From Dirinaria sp. TL-2023a (Eukaryota), in the NCBI GenBank assembly GCA_051941275.1, contig JAVEBF010000026.1:1-47559 (forward strand): a stretch of DNA of 47,559 nt, given 5' to 3'. How positions within the stretch are numbered: the first letter of the stretch is position 1; each line of letters opens with the position of its first letter. The position numbers were made by a program, and so were the translations under genes. Under the pieces are notes generated by a model that saw only the letters and a list, made by a program, of their open reading frames with translations, did no database searches and was not told the origin of the DNA. Positions 36,363 to 47,559 of this stretch are shown piece by piece.

Positions 36363-39300
36363 TTACTGTTGCGTACAATCTGACGATTCATTCCTCTCAT
36401 CTATATAGTCAGATGGTGCTTGATCCGTAACAGGTTCTTGATCAGCTCTATCCTTTCACGCGGGTCTTGTTTTGTCAGTGTAACAATATTCATGTTTTTC
36501 TTCCTCGGTAATACATTCCCCATGATAAGAGCAACTACACTTGCATTCTCAGATCACAGGGCCATAAACATCCTCACCACACCTACAACATTGTTTATGG
36601 TAAGCCTTTATATTATTTTCGTAAATTTCTGAGGGTTCACCACCAGGCCCATTTATCGACGGAGCTCCTCAATCGTCTATATGTGGTTGAGCTAAAGGGT
36701 ATGGTAGCCATGCCTCGCGCCTTTGACGTCAGCCATCATGGTTAGGCCGGTCCAAACATGATTGACCCGCATCATGACTACAATTGTTTAGCTTAAATTT
36801 TTCTTCAAGCTCCGCAGGTGTCAGATTTTCTTGATTTCTCACCGGCTCCGTTGGAGAATTAGAATCTGGTAAATAACCAGACGGGTTATTAGTTTCTTCT
36901 GTGTTACTAGCTCCTTCTGTATTACTAGCTCCTTCTGTATTACTAGCTTCTTCTATACTACTAACTGTGTCAGGGTTAACCATAAATTCCGGATTTAATG
37001 CCAAATTTGAAAAATTTCATGTTAATAAATATAATATTCAAGTTATCAATTTAAATTTTAGAGGATTATTCATAATTCATAAAAAAATAAGTATTGCATA
37101 ATAATATAAATTAAGTTTTTTATTTTGTAAAGATAAACCCGCTAATAGTTTAGGACTAATTAAAGATCACTTAAAAACACTTGGCACAGTCTTATTTAAA
37201 CCTACATATAAGGCCAGCACAAAAAGTAAAAAGATAAAATAGTTAAGAAGAGAAAAATAAGGTATTAACATATAGATAAGTAAACCTATTAATATGTAAA
37301 GAGCGTAAGACGTAATAACGCCACTATCTAAATCCGCTATTTTTCTACTTAAATTAAGTAGTGCTCTTTCTAAACCGAAAGGACCAATTAATTCTACAGA
37401 ACCTTTATCTAAAGCTTTTGTAGTATGTGCACCTAATTTGAAAACAAGATTGGTAATATATTTGTTATAAAAAAGCTCAATTAAGAAACGCTGGTTAAGA
37501 AAACTAAACACATTAGAACCTATTTTAGATAGTTTAAAGTAAATAAGTAAAGAAGGTAAATATTCAGAAAATAGTAAAGATATAAGGATTAATATTACTG
37601 TTAGAGTTAAAGGTAATAATTTAAACACGTTTGTTACGGCGAATTCTGTATCTAACATAATTTCATGTACAGGGTGTATGAATATACTATTATCTGAGAA
37701 AAACCCAGAGCCTAAACCAATAAAAATATCTTTAGTTAAATAACCAAAAAATATAGAAAATACTGCTAATACAATTAAGGGCATGCTCATAAAAATATCA
37801 CCTTCATGTGCTTTCTTATAGTTAAGAAATGGCCCATTAGGATTAGTCAAGAATGTTAAGTATAATACTTTAAATGAATATAAAGTAGTAAACATAGCAC
37901 CAATGGTTGCTATAAAATACACTATAATACTAGAATAAGAAAAGTGTCCATATGCTGATTCAAGTATAAGATCTTTACTGTAGAAGCCAGTCATAAAAGG
38001 AAAGGCTACTAAACTAAGAGAAGCTATTAACATAACTGAATAAGTTAAGGGTAAAAATGCTTTTAACCCTCCATATTTTCTAAAATCTTGATTATCAGCT
38101 CAAGCATGTATAACAGCACCAGCTCCTAAAAAGAGTAATCCCTTATAAAAAGCATGATTTACCAAATGAAATAAGGCAATATTATAAGACGATAAACCTA
38201 TAGCTATAACCATCATACCTAATTGCAATTATGTGTTACAATTTAATTTTAAAACACATATATTTTGGACCATTTATTTATTAATTTTTATATTTATTTA
38301 TATCATCCATAATTGTAACTAATCTAATAAGTTTCTTTAAACCATCATTACTTGGCATTCTTTTGGGTCTACAATCATAAAATTTTTGTATTAAAACAAA
38401 TCTAGATGCTTTAGCTGTTCTTAGAGGATATTTACTAAAATATCTGTCTATTAAATTATATATTTCAACTGTTCTAAAAACTTCGTATTTAAAAGCTTCT
38501 ATTCTAGTAATTGTAGGACAAACTCTACCTCAATATAATTTTTGTAAGGGTTCTAATAAATATTTATTTTTTTGAGTAACACTTATAGAAATTTGCCCAA
38601 ATGAATCATCCAAATCTATTGAGCCACTACTGTCTATAAAACCACTAAACCAACCGTTGTCGAAAGTTAAAGCTAATGGTTCTTTAAAGTTTATGCCATA
38701 TTTAATACATAATTTATTTAACTGTAGCATACGACTTGGGTCTCTAATCAAACCATTTACTGCATTAATAAAACGAATAATACCTTTTTTACTGCGTATT
38801 TTATATTTTAATGCTTTACCACTTGATACAGAAGTTATTCTTCCTCCATACACGTACATAATTTCATATAATACTGCTTTATCTTTTACATCCATTGTGA
38901 TTTCGCAACTTGCATAGCCTTTTTTGGTTAAGTTAAAACAACCACTACCATCCATTAGACCAGCTAATCATTCATAAAATTTTCTCATCTTTGTATCTCG
39001 AGAAATAGATTCATTATTAGGCATATTTATTTTTTCGCTTACTGGTGTAATTTTTAGATTAGATGTGGCATTTAAAGGTGCACAGTTAAATATACACAGT
39101 ATGTTTGATGTAGTTATATTAGACGTATAATTATAAAGAATAGTTATAAGCATTGTATAGATAAGTGAGATAAATGATTCATATCGTAAATTAATCTTTA
39201 TTAATTTAATATCAATTAATATCAAACGTATGGCCTCTGAGATTCCTACTAGCTTGCTTATAATAATAAATTTTCACCTGTATATTTCTCTAACTCGTTT

Positions 39301-40392
39301 TCAAATCTTAGTCACAAGAATATAGAAAAGCGATGAATTAAAAAAATTATTACTAATATGACATAAAGAGTCATGAGCTTTGGTTATCTGCGAATTGTCT
39401 ATTAAAAAATTTTTAAGAGCTTCTACGCATATAGTTTGATTTACGGTTGAAAGACCTCAAGCCAATTGACTCATGGTTGAATAAGCTATAACCTTTTTAA
39501 TGTCTTGTTGAAATAATCCTACTAGAGAACTAAATACTGTGGTAAGAGCCCCCATTCACAAACAAAGTAGTAATACAACACTACTGTATTCAATCAAGGG
39601 GGATGTACGAATAAGTAAATATACACCAGCAGTTACCATAGTAGCCGCGTGTATAAGTGCAGAAACTGGTGTGGGACCTTCCATGGCCAGAGGCAATCAA
39701 ACATGTAATCCTATTTGAGAACTTTTAGCCATAGCTCCTATTAATAAACAAATTCCAATTATTGTAATACTATTTTCACTAACAAAAGGAGCTAATGAAA
39801 AAACAGTAGAGTAATCTATATTACCAAAACATCATATAAGAGCAAACATACCTATTGTTAAAAAACAATCACCTACTCTATTTGTTAATAAGGCCGAGAT
39901 GGAACTTTGATTTGCAGCTATTCTAGTAAACCAGAAATTAACTAAAAGGTATGAGCAAATTCCTACACCTTCTCAACCTACAAACATTAATAAAAAATTA
40001 TTAGCTGTAACTAGTATAATCATCATAAAAGTGAATAAACTTAAATAGCTAAAAAATCTTTGATTGTGTGGGTCATGGCTCATGTAACCTATTGAGTATA
40101 TATGTACTAAGCAGGAAACAAGAAGCACAGGTATTAACATGGAAACTGTTAATGAATCAAAATGAAAGGCTCAAAACACATTTAGTCATTCAGAGTCTAT
40201 TCATCTAAAGAGCTCTATAGAAACAGGTACATTGTTTAGACCTACTTCGTAAAATGCGAATAAAGATAATATAGTTGTAACAAATATGGATATGCTTGTA
40301 ATTAATTGTGCTCCGCTAACTCCTACTTTTCTACCAAAAAAACCAGAAATTATAGATCCTAAAAGGGGTAAAACTATTAAGGCTAAATACAT
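36363..40392 (-). CDS. nad5: NADH dehydrogenase subunit 5 with ~270-aa C-terminal extension; exons 40392-39469 and 38225-36363; 928 aa
   Basis: [26 protein letters not shown] and TGFYSKD motifs; the track stop at 37167 is TGA and the first true stop is TAA at 36363-36365. Confidence 0.92.
38226..39468 (-). other. Group I intron after nad5 nt 924
   Basis: AGT|...G|CAA junctions restore MS|QLGMM; core TCAGAGGCCATACG. Confidence 0.9.
38281..39468 (-). CDS. Intronic double-motif LAGLIDADG protein, 395 aa, in frame with nad5 exon 1
   Basis: [10 protein letters not shown] and [10 protein letters not shown]; frame open to TAA at 38281-38283. Confidence 0.9.
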
Positions 40393-40661
40393 TATTTATA
40401 TTCAATTGCTATGCTTCCTCTTAATCTATAGAAGGCTACTAATACACCTAAACCTATGGCTGATTCTGCACCAGCTATTGTTATTATATAGATAGCATAA
40501 GTCTGGCCTAATATATCATCAAAACTAAGTGAACTTACTAAAATTAAAAATGTTATACTTAATAGCATTATTTCGATCGAAATAAGCATCAATATTATAT
40601 TTTTTCTATTTAAAACAAAACCAAGGATACCTATTAAAAATAGTATTAGTGATAAATTCAT
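40392..40661 (-). CDS. nad4L: NADH dehydrogenase subunit 4L
   Basis: [17 protein letters not shown] and AGAESAIGL motifs; TAATG overlap with nad5. Confidence 0.97.
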   Translation of the reverse strand: MNLSLILFLIGILGFVLNRKNIILMLISIEIMLLSITFLILVSSLSFDDILGQTYAIYIITIAGAESAIGLGVLVAFYRLRGSIAIEYK

Positions 40662-41014
40662 TGTTGTTTTATTATTTAATTAATACTTATTAATTACTTT
40701 ATCATTATTTTTGATTAGTAACGATTATTAGTCTAGTTGTACTTTCTTTTTTAATCAAAAAAAAAGTATTAAAAAAAATAGGCTATTTTTTAGTTTAAAT
40801 TTATAATATATGTAAATAATGGGTGATTGGTTCATTCTTTACATTCTAACACAGCATCTGCTTTTTTTTTAGTTTATTTACACATAGATCAGTACAAAGC
40901 GCCTAGAACTTTGGTATGATCTATAGGTACAGTAACCTATCATTTGATGATGAAAAGCGTTAAAAGAAATAAATAATTTTTATTTCTCCTTTTTATTTAA
41001 ACTTATTTTAGGGT

Positions 41015-41235
41015 ACTAGAAAACAATAGGCTTTAAAAGGATTTGAAGATCCTTCTTCTTCTAAGGTATCTAGAACTATTTGCCATTTTCTCTATATTTA
41101 ATCTTATTAAATACTTGGGATAAATTCCCATTAATTTAATTATTAACCACACTAGAGGATAAGATACCATGTTATTACATAGTAAACTTGTTATCTTAGC
41201 CTTATTATACAAGGCGAAGAATATGACAAACAGGT
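41015..41235. repeat. Dispersed ~230-bp repeat, copy 2
   Basis: Colinear with 35727-35959. Confidence 0.9.
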
Positions 41236-41307
41236 TTATAAAAATGTGCTAACTTATACAACTTAAAATTATAATTTTTATAAGAAAATTTTCCATATAA
41301 TTAGAAT

Positions 41308-41729
41308 TTATCCGTCTGGGTCCATGAAGTCCATTGGTTCAGTATCGGCAGTTATATCTGAAGTGTCTTGCCTTGGATTTTTAATTTCTGTGTCACCAGT
41401 TATATCTGAAGATTTGATGCTGCCTTCTTGTAGATATTTATTTAGTTCAGCCTGGTGATTTTTTAAATCTGCCTCGTTTTCAGCTCTTTTATTAATAAGC
41501 TCTTGTAAATTTTCTTTTGTATAAAGTGAGCGAGTACCAGCTCACTCTTGATCTACATAGTCTTTTTTAGCTAATCATAGAGAATAAAATCTATGTTTTT
41601 CTCCTTCTCTTAATCTAGCTATTATACCTGGTCTCTATCTGTAAGACCAAGGAGATCATGTTTTAGATTAATTTCCCTCCTTAATAATTTGCTTCTTATT
41701 AATTTGTATCTAGGGTCGGTAACGCTCAT
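41308..41729 (-). pseudogene. Disrupted orphan ORF with a 108-codon open 3' part and acidic tail
   Basis: 41634-41308 is open and ends SSDITGDTEIKNPRQDTSDITADTEPMDFMDPDG*; upstream TAG at 41635-41637; nearest ATG (41729) is out of frame. Confidence 0.55.
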
Positions 41730-41872
41730 GTATTCTTGTTAATAAATTTTATTTTTTATTTGTGTGTGTGTGAAGTAATTATGGTGTAATAATAACAACT
41801 TATATTATAATATATTTTTTTGTGTGTGTTAGTGTGTATACACTACCAATGTTATTTAGAAATTTTCTTATA

Positions 41873-41925
41873 GTTTCTTATCTAAGATTTGAGCTTAGAT
41901 ATTCATATTAGAAATATCACATCCT
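41873..41925 (-). pseudogene. 5'-truncated tRNA-Arg pseudogene
   Basis: Matches the anticodon arm, T arm and 3' acceptor strand of the tRNA at 3920-3990, with a damaged T-loop and no D arm. Confidence 0.75.
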
Positions 41926-42542
41926 AGCACGATATCCTCTAAAGTGGTAGAATCCCCTTATTGAGAAAATCTTCCTTTTTGTATTTATTTATATCTTTAA
42001 AAAGATAATATAAACCATCCGACCTAGGAAGACCTTTCCTAATAGCATGATCCAAATTTGGGAAATTTTGGGTATTTAAATTTTTAGTGATAGATAATAT
42101 TATTATAATAGATTGTTTAATAATATGCATAAAATATAATTTTGTAACATGTAAAACCACTTGTGCTACAAAAACTTACTTATAAAGAATGAAATTTATC
42201 TGTTTTTTTTAACCTATCAGATATTTTATAATAATTTTAAGCATACCTAGAAATTGTTTTATTGTATAATGGGGGCCCCGACCTAAATAATATTACTTTA
42301 AAAAGTAATATTAAGTTCATTTACGCCCCTTATCGTGAGTAACAACCACCTTTCTTTTACCCTCCGGCTGTAAGTATTTTACACTCTATACAAGTTATAT
42401 TATTAAATTAATATGTTGTAACTGTTCCAAGATTATATAGAGATGGGGTAGTTTTTAACAAAAAATATAATAAATAAAAGTGATTTACTTTAATAAGCTA
42501 TAAACACATATTATATAATATGAATATTATATAAAACATATT

Positions 42543-46696
<4,154 letters not shown>

Positions 46697-46845
46697 TTAA
46701 ACAAATTAAAACTGAGTGTTTTAAAAGACCGGAAGGTAAAAACATATAATATATTAAGCAGGGTTAATAAACCCTGCTTAATTGATAAGGAAAGTAAAAC
46801 AAAATTAAGAAACAGCCAATATTAGACTAGTTAGTAGCAAACTAA

Positions 46846-47073
46846 TTAACAAGGTTGACCACACCTTGGACAGTTTCTACCTGGTAACACTCAAGTTACT
46901 TCTCCCAGGTGTAAACAGTTAGGACACCTAACACCTCGTACAGCTGGATAGAATATAGGTATCATTATAAATATTAAAGAACAAACAATAATTAATGATA
47001 ATGTGTCTACTGAGTATAATGTAGAAGCTATAGTATAGTAAACTGATAATAACATGTTAAAGAATGGTGTCAT
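46846..47073 (-). CDS. 75-aa hydrophobic protein with zinc-ribbon-like tail (paralog A)
   Basis: Ends GVRCPNCLHLGEVTWVLPGRNCPRCGQPC* under code 4. Confidence 0.85.
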
Positions 47074-47109
47074 ATATTTAAAATAAACTAATGGAAAATG
47101 GTAAGGTAA

Positions 47110-47337
47110 TTAGCAAGGGTGAAAACACTTTGGACAGTATTTACCCGGTAAGACTCATTGTTCTATTCCACGTTCTCAACATTTAGGACACCTAACACCA
47201 GGCATAGGATCCGACATTATTGGAAGAAGTATTAATATTAAAAAGCAAACAAGAATTGAACTTAGTGTATCTATAGAAGCTAACTCTCTAGCTAATATAG
47301 AGTTAAGTGCTAGTAACATATCAAAAAGTGTTGTCAT
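47110..47337 (-). CDS. 75-aa hydrophobic protein with zinc-ribbon-like tail (paralog B); absent from the ORF track
   Basis: MTTLFDMLL...GVRCPKCWERGIEQWVLPGKYCPKCFHPC*. Confidence 0.85.
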
Positions 47338-47559
47338 TTATAACAAGAAATGTAAAAATAGTTTAACAGTTTTATAATAAAAAATTTTGTTTTTTTCTTA
47401 TTTTTTTAAAAAATAAGAAAAAAAATTAAAAACTTTTTGATAGAAGAGATTTTTATTTTTTTAGAAAATAAGAAAAAAAATAAAAAGATTTTTGTAAGAG
47501 ATTTAAATTTTTGTACATAACTATTTGTACTACAATAAATTACTTATAGTAAAATTTAT

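Noticed and set aside
41939..42160. 73-aa minus-strand ORF
   Set aside because: Short, GTG start, no recognisable motif; cannot be supported as a gene.
47419..47559. Terminal direct repeat as a biological linear-genome end
   Set aside because: An exact 141-nt overlap is what a k-mer assembler leaves on a circular contig.

Overview
The window is an apparently complete, circular, AT-rich fungal (Pezizomycotina-type) mitochondrial genome of 47,418 bp; bases 1-141 repeat at 47419-47559 as an assembly overlap. It uses genetic code 4 (TGA=Trp), so the supplied ORF track splits most genes. All host genes are on the minus strand, in the order cox1, nad4L, nad5, nad1, nad4, atp8, atp6, rnpB, rns, nad6, cox3, rnl (with intronic rps3), nad2, nad3, cob, cox2, plus 26 tRNAs. 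I could not find atp9. There are six group I introns, one ORF-less group II intron, homing-endonuclease genes and relics, and three plus-strand fragments of a plasmid-type DNA polymerase. Translating with code 4 reveals several oddities: cob and cox2 form one uninterrupted frame; nad5 runs on for about 270 aa into an acidic linker and a Cys/His zinc-finger-like domain; two tandem 75-aa membrane-anchored CxxC...CxxC microproteins precede cox1; orphan ORFs sit behind duplicated 5' leaders of core genes; and the intact nad5-intron LAGLIDADG has Ser at both catalytic positions. All translations were done by hand, and rRNA and pseudogene ends are approximate.
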